Shown: positions 9,442 to 20,575, counted from the stretch's first letter. The stretch: DNA of 64,000 nt from Vulcanimicrobiota bacterium (GCA_963723515.1 CAVRQT010000003.1:192001-256000), one strand, 5' to 3'. Program-made: numbers and translations. The notes: generated by a model not told the origin, from the letters alone.

Positions 9442-10362
9442 ATGAAATTGCTAAAGCGCTTCTCGGTGATCGCGCCTTTATTGGTGTGGGCATTCTGGCC
9501 GGCGGTAACGGTCGCCCAAGAAACGCCGGCTCCGACACCGACACCGACACCGATAGCCAATTCCGAGCCGACGCCGATCGATATTCAGTACGACGGTCGC
9601 ACGCATATTACGCTAGCGCCGTACCTTTGGCTTTCGACGATACGTGGGAGCTTCCAATTTTCGATTCCGACACTGCCGAATCGTCCGCCTGACATCGTAC
9701 AAGGTAGCGTGTCGACTGGGCCGAGCAACTATTTATCGAAACTGAATTCGGCGGCGATGTTCGCCTTTGATATCCGCAAGGGACGCATCGATCTCTTCGG
9801 CGACTTCATCTATATGAACGCCGACGCCGGCGGGAGCACTGCATTTACGATCACCGGTCCGCGCGGCCGGCTCATGATTCCGGTTACACTTAATACGTCC
9901 GCGCATGTCTCCTCGACGATCTACGAGGTAGCGGCGGGTTATACCGTAGCGCAGACGCACGATGGAGATCTCAGCGTCTTCATCGGCACGCGACAGTTTC
10001 CGATTCACAACCTCAGCTTCAGCTACAACGCGACGATCGGCAGAAATGACATCATTACGCCATCGGGATCGATCTCGATCGCACAGAACGTCGCAAGCGA
10101 TATCATCGGCGGCCTGCGCGGCAAAGTGTTTGTCCATGGGAGCCGCTATTTTGTGCCGTATTATGTCGATTTCGGAACGTCGGCCGGCAGCATTGCGAAC
10201 TTTACGAACCAGGAATACACCGGCGTCGGCTACGCGTACGCTCATGGTCAGACGGTCGTGCTACTCTGGCGAGCGCTGAATTACGGCGGCTTTCCGTCGG
10301 GTAGCCCCATTCAAACGATGAATTTCAACGGTCCATTGCTGGGTTATTCGCTGAACCTGTAG
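9442..10362 (+). CDS. secreted outer-membrane beta-barrel-like hypothetical protein
   Basis: Signal peptide, PT linker, LAPYLW, C-terminal GPLLGYSLNL. Confidence 0.65.
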   Translation: MKLLKRFSVIAPLLVWAFWPAVTVAQETPAPTPTPTPIANSEPTPIDIQYDGRTHITLAPYLWLSTIRGSFQFSIPTLPNRPPDIVQGSVSTGPSNYLSKLNSAAMFAFDIRKGRIDLFGDFIYMNADAGGSTAFTITGPRGRLMIPVTLNTSAHVSSTIYEVAAGYTVAQTHDGDLSVFIGTRQFPIHNLSFSYNATIGRNDIITPSGSISIAQNVASDIIGGLRGKVFVHGSRYFVPYYVDFGTSAGSIANFTNQEYTGVGYAYAHGQTVVLLWRALNYGGFPSGSPIQTMNFNGPLLGYSLNL

Positions 10363-10374
10363 GTCCGCAAAACG

Positions 10375-11205
10375 CTATGGGCGCAGTCGCGATTTGCCAG
10401 GTTGTGCGAAGTCCAGATCGGGACGCCCCTGCATCGATAGCAGTTGCCGCTTGATCGGGTTCAAATTGATGGTGACGAATCCGGTTCCCGGCCGATCGTA
10501 ATCGACCATCATTTCGATAACGATTACGTATGCCAGCACATAAATAACGCTCAAGGCGAGCGGTCTTGAGTTATCGCGCGCAAAGCGGAAGCCGGTCGCA
10601 AGCGTGCCTAGTGCAACCAGGGTTAACGCGAGAACGACGATGGCCGTCGGTACATGGCTCGTCGCCGCTTGAAGCACTTCTGCAGAGACGTCAATCGTAT
10701 CGTTGAGCGTCTGCATCAGCAGCGAGAGTCCAAGATTCGATCGGCGCGCGCGTAAGGCCGATGACGCGATTGACCAGAGCCGCGCCTGGTCCCCGTCGCT
10801 GCGCGCGATCGCTTGCCGGTACAACGCTGGGGAGGCAGCGGGCGTTTCATACGCATTAAGCCGGGTGGCAGTGTAATCGAGCAAGATCTGCCGGAAGCGC
10901 CGCTCCGCGCTTCCATCGAGTTCGTCCGATCGAAGCCAAGTCGTTCCGATGGCGTTTGCTTCTCTGACGACGAGCGCGCGCCGGCCGTCAAAACGGCCGG
11001 AGGCTTGAGCAAACGATAAACCGAGCACGAAACTTGCCAACGTGAGGAGTCCGGCGTGCACGATGTTCCAGGCGTCGTCTTTCACTAGCTGACGGCCGGC
11101 CAACAGCTTCCCGAGGCGATACGGCACTTCGATCAACAGCGCCAATACGACGAGCATCACGCATGGAAGCAGCCACGGATTCGAATAGAAAAGAAACTGC
11201 GTCAT
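10375..11205 (-). CDS. DUF4239/bestrophin-like membrane protein
   Basis: LGLSF.....RF..RR..VV.EANAIGTTWLR, DYDRP..G. Confidence 0.7.
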   Translation of the reverse strand: MTQFLFYSNPWLLPCVMLVVLALLIEVPYRLGKLLAGRQLVKDDAWNIVHAGLLTLASFVLGLSFAQASGRFDGRRALVVREANAIGTTWLRSDELDGSAERRFRQILLDYTATRLNAYETPAASPALYRQAIARSDGDQARLWSIASSALRARRSNLGLSLLMQTLNDTIDVSAEVLQAATSHVPTAIVVLALTLVALGTLATGFRFARDNSRPLALSVIYVLAYVIVIEMMVDYDRPGTGFVTINLNPIKRQLLSMQGRPDLDFAQPGKSRLRP

Positions 11206-11226
11206 TATCGAAGATGCGAAATCATA

Positions 11227-11761
11227 TTATTTAACGGAGTATCCTCGCGCGTCCATGCACGCCGAAAAAGCGCGGCGCACGCTGTCAACTTGTTTTGCGC
11301 GTTGTGCGTTTGCTTGCGTGTGAGCGTTGGCTTGCGACTGCGCGTTAGCGGCATGCTGTAGGCGCCGGCCTCGAATCGCTCCGGTCAAGGCACCGGCTCC
11401 GGCGCCCGCACCGGCGTTGCCGGCTATTGCTCCGACTGCTGCGCCGTAGGCCGCACCGTGAGCGGCACCGCGAACGGCGCCTCCATGATGCGTCGGCGCT
11501 GGATGAGGCGCTGGCGTCTGACTAGCGAGATTAATCCCGGTACGTTGCTGCGCGGAAGCGTAACACTGAGATTCATCGGTGGCTTGTTTTGAAGTGCTTT
11601 GATTTTTCTTCGGGTACACGTAGACGCCCAGAGCAGACGTCGCCGGGGTGGCCGTTGCCGATGGGGGAGCCAAAGTGAAGGAACAGATAACGCCAAGGCA
11701 CAGCGCAAAGAAGATTAATCGTCTGGGAGACCGGGGCGCGGCAAGAACTGAGGCTTTTCAC
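11227..11761 (-). CDS. glycine-zipper secreted protein (probable extra A just after the GTG start)
   Basis: VYPKKNQS..KQ..DE..C, GAAxG repeats, ACMDARGYSVK. Confidence 0.75.
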
Positions 11762-11826
11762 GACTGCTTCCTTTCATCGAAGTTGTGGTCCAGAGATTAG
11801 CTACATCATCCGCTACGAAATTCCAG

Positions 11827-12666
11827 TTAAGGCGACGCTGCTAACAGCAGAAGACTAGCACGCAACGTCCAGGCAGACGCGCCCCGCACGTCAGCGAGAT
11901 TTTTTTCGGCCTCGATCGCAGCGGTTAACCGTCCACCGACGCCGAGGCCGCTACGCTCGATACGCACGCCGAGTGGAACATCCGTCCAAGCGCGCGTGTT
12001 CCAATCGTAGGTGAATCTCATCTGCGACGTGCCGATTGCCCAGCCGCCCGGCAGCGCAAAGACAATCGTCGGGTCCAATTGCGAACGCGCGACCGGCGGC
12101 CTCGATCCGTCGCCGGCAAAAGAAAAGAAATTTTGCGTGAAGATCCCGAGCGTCGTGGATTTGAGTTTGAGCGTGTAACCCGCGGCGGGACCGATCTGCC
12201 ATTTGCCTGATCCTAACGCGCCGTGCGATGCTGTCGGTAAGCGCAAGGACGGTCCTATAACCCAGCGACTCGTTTTCGAATCGAAGATTGCCAGCCCAAC
12301 GAGCGTCGTGTCACCGCTGCCGGTGATCGCATTTGCGGGTGCCGATGTTACGAACGGCAGCCGTATGCGCAGCACGTGCAATCGGCGTCCCGTGCCCGCG
12401 AATAAGAGCAGCGGCTTACCCCACGGTATCTGCGCTCGCAGATTGATCGTGTTACTTGATCCCGAAAGGTCGTCGTAGGCCGGAGAAAACTCATCCTCGA
12501 TTGAGACGGACGCGTTGGGCGAGGTCGCCGTTTCGCTGTCGGTATCGGCTGCGCGTCCAATGCCGGGCGTAGCAGTTAGTGCCATGATCAGGAGCGTAGG
12601 CAAAAGGCGCTTCTCAAGCAGTGCGCCCCGTCGGCTAGTACAAAATGTTGATCGCACGAGCGGCAA
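11827..12666 (-). CDS. outer-membrane transporter-like beta-barrel (paralog of 27237 gene)
   Basis: G.GD, PTAS...LGSGKW..GP, W..VPLG motifs shared with the 27237-28209 protein. Confidence 0.65.
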   Translation of the reverse strand: MPLVRSTFCTSRRGALLEKRLLPTLLIMALTATPGIGRAADTDSETATSPNASVSIEDEFSPAYDDLSGSSNTINLRAQIPWGKPLLLFAGTGRRLHVLRIRLPFVTSAPANAITGSGDTTLVGLAIFDSKTSRWVIGPSLRLPTASHGALGSGKWQIGPAAGYTLKLKSTTLGIFTQNFFSFAGDGSRPPVARSQLDPTIVFALPGGWAIGTSQMRFTYDWNTRAWTDVPLGVRIERSGLGVGGRLTAAIEAEKNLADVRGASAWTLRASLLLLAASP

Positions 12667-13300
12667 CGATAACGAGCGTAATGAGCGAAATGAGGCCCTG
12701 CACCATCATCAGACTTTTGGCGCGCAGCGCGAGCGGCATCGCATCGGTGGGGCTGAATGCGGTCTGCGCAGTGAATCCGATGAAGAGGTAATCGCCAAAA
12801 CTCGGCATCCACTCGGGCGGCGCATTTGAGGGGTCGCTCATTTGCGGAAAACTGAAATCCGGATACCGCGCCGCAATCCGACCTGCGCGCGCTTCTGGCC
12901 CACCACGATCGATCAGCCAATACAACAATGAAAACAACAGCACGTTGACCACCCAGATTGCGACGGAGGTCGAAAGGAGCGCCAACCCGTGAATGTTGCG
13001 CGGCGAATGCAACATCGAATTGATGACGTCGAACAGCGTGAAGAAGTTGACGAGTATGAAGAAAGAAATCGCCGCGAACATGATCGCGCGCTCGACGCGA
13101 AGCCAACCGCCGTTCTTCTGCACGAAAGCGCCGATCATCATTGGAGTGAGCATGACCACCGCCGCAGCAAGCGGCAGCCATGACGGCATGATGCGGTAGC
13201 GGCCGGGCAGGAGCATGAGCAATATGCCGACGACAACGATCGCTATTGCGGCGCCGAGGCGGTTTACCTGAACGCTTCGATTCGCCGGGAACTGCTTTAC
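12635..13300 (-). CDS. DUF1345 family membrane protein (start uncertain)
   Basis: LYWLIDRGGP, DFSFPQ, DYLFIGFT..TAFSPTD.MPL..RAK.LM. Confidence 0.8.
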   Translation of the reverse strand, partial: VKQFPANRSVQVNRLGAAIAIVVVGILLMLLPGRYRIMPSWLPLAAAVVMLTPMMIGAFVQKNGGWLRVERAIMFAAISFFILVNFFTLFDVINSMLHSPRNIHGLALLSTSVAIWVVNVLLFSLLYWLIDRGGPEARAGRIAARYPDFSFPQMSDPSNAPPEWMPSFGDYLFIGFTAQTAFSPTDAMPLALRAKSLMMVQGLISLITLVIVAARAINILY

Positions 13301-14247
13301 GAGCGCGGCCTGCGAACGCAGCGAAAGCCGAGATGACTCATTGAAGTCTCGACCATTTGCGGGGAGCGAGCCGCAGGCCGAAAGCGCAGGCAGTAATTGG
13401 GTGCGCATAGGTACGATCCACCTTTGAGCACTTTGCGCGGGATACGAAATTGAGGCTGCGCCGGATCGTAACTTCGTTCGATTGTTCCGCCACGCGGGAT
13501 CGGCGCTCCACAACAGGGTTTTGTTTGCGGACTTTCGCGCTGCGCGGCATACCAATCGCTCGTCCACTCCCACACATTTCCGGCCATATCATACAGTCCG
13601 TATCCGTTCGCGGGAAACGATCCGACTGGCGACGTTAATTCGTAGCCGTCGGTAAGCAGATTCTGCCACGGAAACTCACCCTGCCATGTGTTGGCGAGCA
13701 TCTTGCCGCCGGGATACATTTCATCTCCCCATGGGAACACCGGAGCGTCGAGTCCGCCGCACGCCGCATACTCCCACTCGGCTTCTGTCGGCAATGATTT
13801 GCCGGCCCACTGCGCATATGCTTCCGCGTCTTCGAACGCGACGTGTACGACCGGATGGTCATTCAAGCCCTCGATCGATGAATCTGGACCCGCGGGGTGA
13901 TTCCAGCATGCACCCGGCACCCATTGCCACCACTGAGTCCAGTCTCGTAAGTCAACGGGGCCTTTCCTTTTGCGAAAAACCAGGGATCCGGGAACCAAGA
14001 GTTCCGGGATTGCGCCTGGATAGAGCGCCGGATCGATAGGCCGCTGCGCGACCGTTGCGTAGCCTGTCTCTTCGATGAACTTTCCAAACTCGGCGTTCGT
14101 CACTGGATAGGGGTCGATTTCAAATCCTTCAACGCGAACGCGATGCATCGGCGCTTCCTCAGGATAAAAATCGTTTGATCCCATCGTAAACTCGCCGCCT
14201 TCTAGGCCGACGAGCGTTTCGATAACGCGCATAACGCCCTGGTTCAT
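13297..14247 (-). CDS. formylglycine-generating enzyme (SUMF1 family)
   Basis: FTMGS, LPTEAEWEYA, GNVWEW, KGGSYLCAPNYCLRFRPAAR, HLGFRC. Confidence 0.95.
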   Translation of the reverse strand: MNQGVMRVIETLVGLEGGEFTMGSNDFYPEEAPMHRVRVEGFEIDPYPVTNAEFGKFIEETGYATVAQRPIDPALYPGAIPELLVPGSLVFRKRKGPVDLRDWTQWWQWVPGACWNHPAGPDSSIEGLNDHPVVHVAFEDAEAYAQWAGKSLPTEAEWEYAACGGLDAPVFPWGDEMYPGGKMLANTWQGEFPWQNLLTDGYELTSPVGSFPANGYGLYDMAGNVWEWTSDWYAAQRESPQTKPCCGAPIPRGGTIERSYDPAQPQFRIPRKVLKGGSYLCAPNYCLRFRPAARSPQMVETSMSHLGFRCVRRPRS

Positions 14248-14292
14248 GCGACTTGCAAGGAAGCCCTACGCGTGCGCGGCAATCCAGGCGCC

Positions 14293-14858
14293 GTGATTTC
14301 GCCTTTCTGGTTTCTCGTGGCAGCGTTTATCGGCACCAATCTCGACGCGATCGTCGTACTTGGGTTACTGTTTGCGATTGACCAGCCAGCATATCGCCGG
14401 CACGCGATCGCGGCCGCATCTGCCGGTTTTATTGTCGTACTGATAGCGGCGATCGCAGTAGCACTCGTCGCGCATGGTTTGCCAGCATCTGGATCCGCTG
14501 GCTAACTCTGCTGCCCGCTGCCGTCGCGGTTGCACGCTTAGGCGCGTGGGCATGTAGCCCGGCTGAACTCACCCAACGCAATGCTGCAAAATACGCATCG
14601 ATCTTCTCAGCCGTTTTGGCGACTGGCATCGACAATGCAGTAACGTATGCTGCGATCTTTGCAACGATGCCGCTTGCGGGCGTGGCGATCACATCCGGCG
14701 TTTACCTCGGCGCGTTTGGCGTACTCTGTCTGCTTTTGTTGGAGTTCGGTCGTCTAGGCGTCCGCGTGCGCATACCACGCGCGATCGTCGAGCTCGGCAC
14801 GGCAGGAATATTATTCGCGGTGAGCGGCGTTTTAATGCATTTGATGTTTCACATATAG
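14293..14858 (+). CDS. CadD-like cadmium resistance transporter (frameshift near 14488)
   Basis: FIGTNLD and ATGIDN..Y...F repeats, matching the CadD TNIDD/GGDNIGVY pattern. Confidence 0.65.
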
Positions 14859-14921
14859 CGAAGGGGCGCCGCATCGCTCCGCCGTAGCACGTGAGACTAA
14901 TCCCAAATCCGGAGGCCTCCC

Positions 14922-17276
14922 ATGAGCGAGCGCAGCGATGATCTGAACCGCGGCATCCTACCTATTCCCGACCCTCAGTACGTCGGTCTGACGACCTACG
15001 ACGCCAAAGATCCCGACACAAAATTCCCTCCGATTGAACAGGTACGCCCGCCTAAGGGAGCCCCAAATGTCCTAATTGTGTTGATCGATGATGCAGGGTT
15101 TGGTTCGTCGAGCGCATTCGGCGGCCCATGTAACACGCCGACGGCAGAGCGACTAGCAAAGCGTGGCCTGAAGTATAACCGCTTTCATACGACGGCACTG
15201 TGCTCGCCGACCCGCGCCGCACTTTTGACCGGTCGCAACCACCACGCAGTCGGCATGGGCGGTGTAACGGAGATCGCGACTTCCGCTCCGGGCTACAATT
15301 CGGTGCGCCCAAAGTCAGCGGCGCCGCTTGCACAAACGCTCAAACTGAACGGCTACTCAACTGCGCAGTTCGGTAAGTGCCACGAAGTGCCCGTGTGGGA
15401 GACGAGCCCGATGGGACCATTTCAGCAGTGGCCGACCGGCAGCGGGTTCGAGCACTTTTACGGATTCATCGGCGGAGAGACGAACCAATGGGCGCCGGCG
15501 ATTTACCGGGACACGGTTCCCATCGACCCGCCGCCGGATCCAAACTACCACTTTACGGCAGACATCACGGACCGTGCGAGAGAGTGGATCGGTCAACAGC
15601 GCGTTCTGATGCCCGACAAGCCGTTTTTCGTCTACTTCGCGCCGGGTGCGACCCACGCACCGCATCATGTGCCCAAAGAGTGGGCCGACAAGTATAAGGG
15701 CAAGTTCGATCAAGGGTGGGACAAACTGCGCGAAGAGACGTTTGCCCGTCAAAAACAACTTGGCGTGATCCCCAAGGATGCCGAACTGACGAAGCGCCCC
15801 GCCGAGATCCCCGCATGGGACGATGTTGACCCAAAACTCAAACCTGTGCTGGCCCGCGAGATGGAAGTGTACGCGGGCTTCATGGAACACACCGACCACC
15901 ACGTCGGCCGGTTGATCGATGCGCTCGAAAAACTCGAAGTCCTCGACAATACGTTGATCTACTACATCGTCGGCGACAACGGTGCGTCGGCCGAAGGCAC
16001 GATCAACGGCACGTTCAACGAGATGTTCATGCTCAACGGCGTGACCGGCGTTGAAACGCCGGAATTCTTGATGGAGAAGATCGACAAGTTCGGCAGTCCT
16101 GAGGCGTACAACCACTACGCGGTTGGTTGGGCGCACGCGATGGACACGCCGTATCAGTGGACCAAACAAGTGGCGTCCCATTGGGGCGGCACCCGCAACG
16201 GTACGATCGTTCATTGGCCGAAAGGCATCAAGGCGAAGGGTGAAATCCGCTCACAGTTCCACCACGTGATCGATATTGCGCCTACTGTGCTCGAGGTGGC
16301 CGGTTTGCCGCATCCGACGGTTGTTGACAGCGTTCAGCAGATGCCGCTGCACGGCTCTTCGATGGTGTACTCTTTCGATGATGCGAAGGCGGCCGATCGC
16401 CGCGAGACGCAGTACTTCGAGATGTTTGTCAACCGTGGTATCTACCACAAGGGCTGGACGGCGGTGACGCGGCACAGCACGCCGTGGGTTGTTGGCGCAT
16501 TGCCGCCTTACGACGACGACGTATGGGAGCTGTACGGTCCAGACGACTGGACTCAGTCAAAGAACATCGCGAAGGAAAATCCGGCGAAACTGCACGACCT
16601 GCAGCGTTTGTTTCTGATCGAGGCGACGAAGTATAATGTGTTGCCGCTCGATGACCGCCGGGTCGAGCGCTTTAATGCTGACCTAGCCGGCCGTCCGCAG
16701 CTCATCCATGGTGAGAGTCAGTTGCTTTTCGGAAGCATGGGCCGCTTGAGCGAGAACTCGATCGTGATTCTCAAGAACAAGTCGTACTCGATAACCGCTC
16801 AGATCGTCGTGCCCGATGAGGGCGCCGAGGGTGTTATCGTGCACCAAGGAGGGCGTTTCGGCGGCTGGAGCTTCTATGCGAAGGACGGCAAGCTTACGTT
16901 CTGCTACAACTGCTTCGGTTGGAAGGTGTTTATCATCCGCGCCGACGCGCCGCTCCCCGCAGGCAATCATCAAGTTCGGATGGAGTTCGAATATGACGGC
17001 GGTGGGCTTGGGAAAGGCGGGAAAGTCACGCTGTACGTTGATGGCAAAAAAGCGGGCGAGGGCCGCCTGGACATGACCGTCCCAATGGCTTTCTCTGCCG
17101 ACGAAACGTGCGACGTCGGAAAGGATACGGGCACCGCGGTCAGCAGCGAGTACGACGTTGCGCATAGCGAGTTCAATGGCAAGGTCCTCGGCGTGCAGCT
17201 CGATGCGGGCAAGTCGGACGCGGACCGCTTTATTTCCCCGGAAGATCGGCTGCGCATTGCAATGGCACGCCAGTAG
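14922..17276 (+). CDS. arylsulfatase, Cys-type, with C-terminal LamG-like domain
   Basis: DDAGFG, LCSPTRAALLTGRN, GKCH, GATHAPH, DNG. Confidence 0.95.
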   Translation: MSERSDDLNRGILPIPDPQYVGLTTYDAKDPDTKFPPIEQVRPPKGAPNVLIVLIDDAGFGSSSAFGGPCNTPTAERLAKRGLKYNRFHTTALCSPTRAALLTGRNHHAVGMGGVTEIATSAPGYNSVRPKSAAPLAQTLKLNGYSTAQFGKCHEVPVWETSPMGPFQQWPTGSGFEHFYGFIGGETNQWAPAIYRDTVPIDPPPDPNYHFTADITDRAREWIGQQRVLMPDKPFFVYFAPGATHAPHHVPKEWADKYKGKFDQGWDKLREETFARQKQLGVIPKDAELTKRPAEIPAWDDVDPKLKPVLAREMEVYAGFMEHTDHHVGRLIDALEKLEVLDNTLIYYIVGDNGASAEGTINGTFNEMFMLNGVTGVETPEFLMEKIDKFGSPEAYNHYAVGWAHAMDTPYQWTKQVASHWGGTRNGTIVHWPKGIKAKGEIRSQFHHVIDIAPTVLEVAGLPHPTVVDSVQQMPLHGSSMVYSFDDAKAADRRETQYFEMFVNRGIYHKGWTAVTRHSTPWVVGALPPYDDDVWELYGPDDWTQSKNIAKENPAKLHDLQRLFLIEATKYNVLPLDDRRVERFNADLAGRPQLIHGESQLLFGSMGRLSENSIVILKNKSYSITAQIVVPDEGAEGVIVHQGGRFGGWSFYAKDGKLTFCYNCFGWKVFIIRADAPLPAGNHQVRMEFEYDGGGLGKGGKVTLYVDGKKAGEGRLDMTVPMAFSADETCDVGKDTGTAVSSEYDVAHSEFNGKVLGVQLDAGKSDADRFISPEDRLRIAMARQ

Positions 17277-17302
17277 CGCGCGACATGAGATAGGAACCTT
17301 GA

Positions 17303-17761
17303 ATGGTTCTGCATGAGCTGAAGGCTTGGGAGTTCGCGTTGCGCCTCGCCGTTGGTGCACTGTTGGGCGTCGCCATCGGCTTCGAGCGCCAGTGGCGTCA
17401 AAGCCCGGCGGGCCTTCACACGAGTGGCCTGGTCGCGATCGGCGCAGCGCTCTTCGCGCTGCTTGCGCCGGTCGTGGGCGCGGCGAGTGAAACGCGCGTG
17501 CTCGCCGCCATCGTTACGGGCGTCGGGTTTTTGGCCGGCGGCGTAATTTTGCGGGAAGGCCTGAACGTGAAAGGGCTGAACACGGCCGCCACGATCTGGG
17601 CAACGGCGGCCGTCGGTTCGCTTGCCGGAGTAGGTTTATTTGAAGAAGCGCTGCTCGGGGCGCTGGCGATCATCGTGTTGAACTGGTGGCTGCAACCGGT
17701 CGAACGTTTCATCGAACGGCGTCGGCACGTGCGTGCCGAGCAGCACGGTCAAACGGGCTAG
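17303..17761 (+). CDS. MgtC/SapB family protein
   Basis: IGFERQ...AGLHT, IVTGVGFLAGG, GLNTAATIW. Confidence 0.92.
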   Translation: MVLHELKAWEFALRLAVGALLGVAIGFERQWRQSPAGLHTSGLVAIGAALFALLAPVVGAASETRVLAAIVTGVGFLAGGVILREGLNVKGLNTAATIWATAAVGSLAGVGLFEEALLGALAIIVLNWWLQPVERFIERRRHVRAEQHGQTG

Positions 17762-17783
17762 CCTTGCCGAAAGGAGCGAACGT

Positions 17784-18218
17784 ATGAGCGAAGACGCGGC
17801 TAAGCACGGCGCCGATCGCTTTGAGGTGCGGCCGACGTCCGACAGCAATTTCGCTTGGTTGCGCACCCGCATGGCGCTCGAGCGAACGCAGATGGCGTGG
17901 ATCAGAACCGGCGTCTCCCTGATCGCGTTCGGCTTTACGATTTACCAGGTGCTTGAGAAATTGCCCGAGGCTGCACGAGCCGTGCATCCCCAGGCGCCGC
18001 GCGACCTCGGTCTGGTGTTGATCGGCACCGGAATCATCGCCATGGTTCTGGCCATGATTGACTACCGCATGGTTACGAACTACTTATGGAGCCCGGAGTA
18101 TAAACCAATTGCGGGCCTCTCCGACAAACGGAATCATACGACCGTGCTCCCGGTCACGCTGATCGTGCTGTTCGTCGGCATCGCAGCCTTCGTTGCCGTG
18201 GTGCTGCGCATTCCGTAG
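17784..18218 (+). CDS. YidH/DUF202 membrane protein
   Basis: ALERTQMAWIRTG.SLI.FGF. Confidence 0.88.
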   Translation: MSEDAAKHGADRFEVRPTSDSNFAWLRTRMALERTQMAWIRTGVSLIAFGFTIYQVLEKLPEAARAVHPQAPRDLGLVLIGTGIIAMVLAMIDYRMVTNYLWSPEYKPIAGLSDKRNHTTVLPVTLIVLFVGIAAFVAVVLRIP

Positions 18219-18230
18219 AGCACACCAGCA

Positions 18231-19664
18231 GTGAACGGCTGGCATTTTTTCGTAGGCGCATTGTTCTTCATCTGCTGCGCGCGCACGATGGCTGCAGCAC
18301 AACAACCGGTGCCGACCCCCAAACTAACCGCATCCCCGAGCTCCGCGTTCAAGTTCAGCGGCAACGTCCGCGTCTATAACTTCACGCGGACGAACGAAGT
18401 TGGCACCAACGCCGCCGCCTTCAATACGGAAGCCAAGCTGCACGGCGAATATAGGTTTGCGAACTCGCCATGGACGATCGGTGTCAGCTACTTCGGCGCG
18501 GACCCGTTCGGCGCGAATGGCCCTGAGCCGGGTTTCAACAAGAAAGTCGACAACACGCTGCCGGGCTACGCGCTGAGCCTGCTGGGCGAATACTACCTGC
18601 AGTATAAAACGTACGCCGTCACGGCCTGGACGGGAAAACAGATCATCGACACACCGTGGGCCAATGCATCGGATTCGCGGCTTGTGCCGGTGATTTTCCA
18701 GGGTACTGCGTTGAGCGTTGATGTCTCTCCCCAAACGACTCTGGGGGCGATGTACATGGCGCGCTTTCGCCATCGCACATCGTCGGACTTTGAATCGAAC
18801 ACGATGCTGACCAGTTGCGACAACACCGGCTCGAAGGTGCCCGGCGACCCTTGCCATCCGCAATTCACAACGCCCGGTTTTCTGCTGCTCTACGCAACGC
18901 AGAGGTTCTCGCCGCAACTGACCGCCAACGTGTATAACTATCAGGTGTACGATATCGTCAATCTTTTGTATATTGATACGAAGTACAATTATGCTTCAAA
19001 ATCGCCGTTCGATCCGTATGTCGGCCTGCAATACGTCGCCGAATCGAACACCGGCGCTTCGGACATCGGCGTCGTCCATAACCGCACGTTTGGCTTCCAA
19101 TTCGGAGCCAGCGCCGGCAAAAACATCGAACTCGCGCTGAGCTTCAACGCTTCGCCGGTTGTCACGTATACGACCCCATCCGCGTCATTATGCGGCGGCG
19201 GCTCCGGAAAATTCGATCCCAAACTAGGCGGGATCTTTGGCGGCGCCGTCGGCTTGCCGGTCCACGGCGCGCCGAAAGGAACGGTATTCTGTTACGGCGG
19301 CGCGTTGGCTTCGCCGTATACCGACAGCTACACGTCGGATCCCCTGTACACGACGATGATGTCGCAGTCTTTGGCAGACACGCACAAGCCCGGGTTCGCG
19401 AACAAAATTTCCGGCACGTTTCATACCAACGACCGCCGCTGGGTAGCGATCGTGCAAGAAGGTTGGTTCAACTACGGTCTTCCGTCAGCGCCGGCCGACA
19501 TCGTGAAAGAGTTTACGGGGGACCTAACCTACCATTTCAACGCGGTCGATCCGAAGCAGCCTTACCGGGGCCTCGCGCTACGCTATCGGTACGAGGATCG
19601 GCGGCAATTCACGGCGCCGTTCGATTTTAAATACAATCGAGCGCAATTGGAATACACGTTCTGA
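18231..19664 (+). CDS. OprD-like outer-membrane porin
   Basis: Signal peptide, GKQIIDTPWAN.SDSRL.P..FQG, C-terminal LEYTF. Confidence 0.7.
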   Translation: MNGWHFFVGALFFICCARTMAAAQQPVPTPKLTASPSSAFKFSGNVRVYNFTRTNEVGTNAAAFNTEAKLHGEYRFANSPWTIGVSYFGADPFGANGPEPGFNKKVDNTLPGYALSLLGEYYLQYKTYAVTAWTGKQIIDTPWANASDSRLVPVIFQGTALSVDVSPQTTLGAMYMARFRHRTSSDFESNTMLTSCDNTGSKVPGDPCHPQFTTPGFLLLYATQRFSPQLTANVYNYQVYDIVNLLYIDTKYNYASKSPFDPYVGLQYVAESNTGASDIGVVHNRTFGFQFGASAGKNIELALSFNASPVVTYTTPSASLCGGGSGKFDPKLGGIFGGAVGLPVHGAPKGTVFCYGGALASPYTDSYTSDPLYTTMMSQSLADTHKPGFANKISGTFHTNDRRWVAIVQEGWFNYGLPSAPADIVKEFTGDLTYHFNAVDPKQPYRGLALRYRYEDRRQFTAPFDFKYNRAQLEYTF

Positions 19665-19673
19665 TTTAGGCCC

Positions 19674-20531
19674 TTAGGCCGATCCAGCCGCTGCCAATTT
19701 GGTGGTCCGGGTGAAGTAAATGCTTACCAGCACGATGACGACCGCCTGGATGATGAGGTAAGTCAGCACAGCCGGGCCGACGGTGGTCCGAGGGAAAGCT
19801 TGGGTTGCAACGACCGCGCAGAGACCGATGTTACGAAGCGCGGTCGCGATACTGAGAGTGCGCCGGTACTCGCGCTGGGCACCAGCCATGATCCAACCGG
19901 CGGCGAGTGAGAGAACGACGATGCAGAGCATCGCCAACATGCCCCTTGAACCGTAGACGGATGCGACCGCCTTTATGAGCCCGGGACCCAGTAGCACGAT
20001 CAAAACAAGAAGAGATGCCGCAAAGAGCAGCATGATCGGTCGCGTTATCTTCGACGCCAGCGTAGGAGCTCGATCCGATACGAACATGCCGGCCAAAAGA
20101 GGTACGAGTTGAAACAGCACGAGCGTGATGACGAGACGCCCGACCGGAAGAACCGCCTTTGCGCCGGCTGGAAGAACCAGCTCGGCCGTAAGCGGGACTG
20201 TTACGATCGAAAGGGCCTGCAACATGAACGCAAGCGCGACGGCGAATCCGAGGCTTCCGCCTACTTTCTTGCCGGCAGCTTGAACGACGAACGGCACGCC
20301 GGGCGCAATCGCCATCAAAAGGAAGCCCGTCGCGACGTACGTGTCTAGATGGAAGAGCCGAACGAGCAGCACGCCAAGGATCGGCACGATAACAAAATTC
20401 GCGAGTAACGCACGGCCGAGTAGGTTGTAGTTCCTCAGGACCGCCGTCAAGTCGGCAAGGTTGACCTGCAGACCGGCAGCAAAAGTCAACGAAACAAGCA
20501 CGACGACAGCTACGAGCTTTTCAGGTCCCAT
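19674..20531 (-). CDS. bile acid:sodium symporter family transporter
   Basis: LLANFVIVP, APG.P, RNIGL; multiple TM segments. Confidence 0.85.
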   Translation of the reverse strand: MGPEKLVAVVVLVSLTFAAGLQVNLADLTAVLRNYNLLGRALLANFVIVPILGVLLVRLFHLDTYVATGFLLMAIAPGVPFVVQAAGKKVGGSLGFAVALAFMLQALSIVTVPLTAELVLPAGAKAVLPVGRLVITLVLFQLVPLLAGMFVSDRAPTLASKITRPIMLLFAASLLVLIVLLGPGLIKAVASVYGSRGMLAMLCIVVLSLAAGWIMAGAQREYRRTLSIATALRNIGLCAVVATQAFPRTTVGPAVLTYLIIQAVVIVLVSIYFTRTTKLAAAGSA

Positions 20532-20566
20532 TTTCGGCGGTTTCTTCTCGTTGCGCGGCCTTCCTA

Positions 20567-20575
20567 TGGTATGAT
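20567..20575 (+). promoter_or_regulatory. extended -10 element upstream of second arylsulfatase
   Basis: TGGTATGAT about 90 bp upstream of ATG 20662. Confidence 0.4.

Noticed and set aside
9531..9553. CCGACA tandem repeat
   Set aside because: Encodes an ordinary Pro-Thr linker after a signal peptide.
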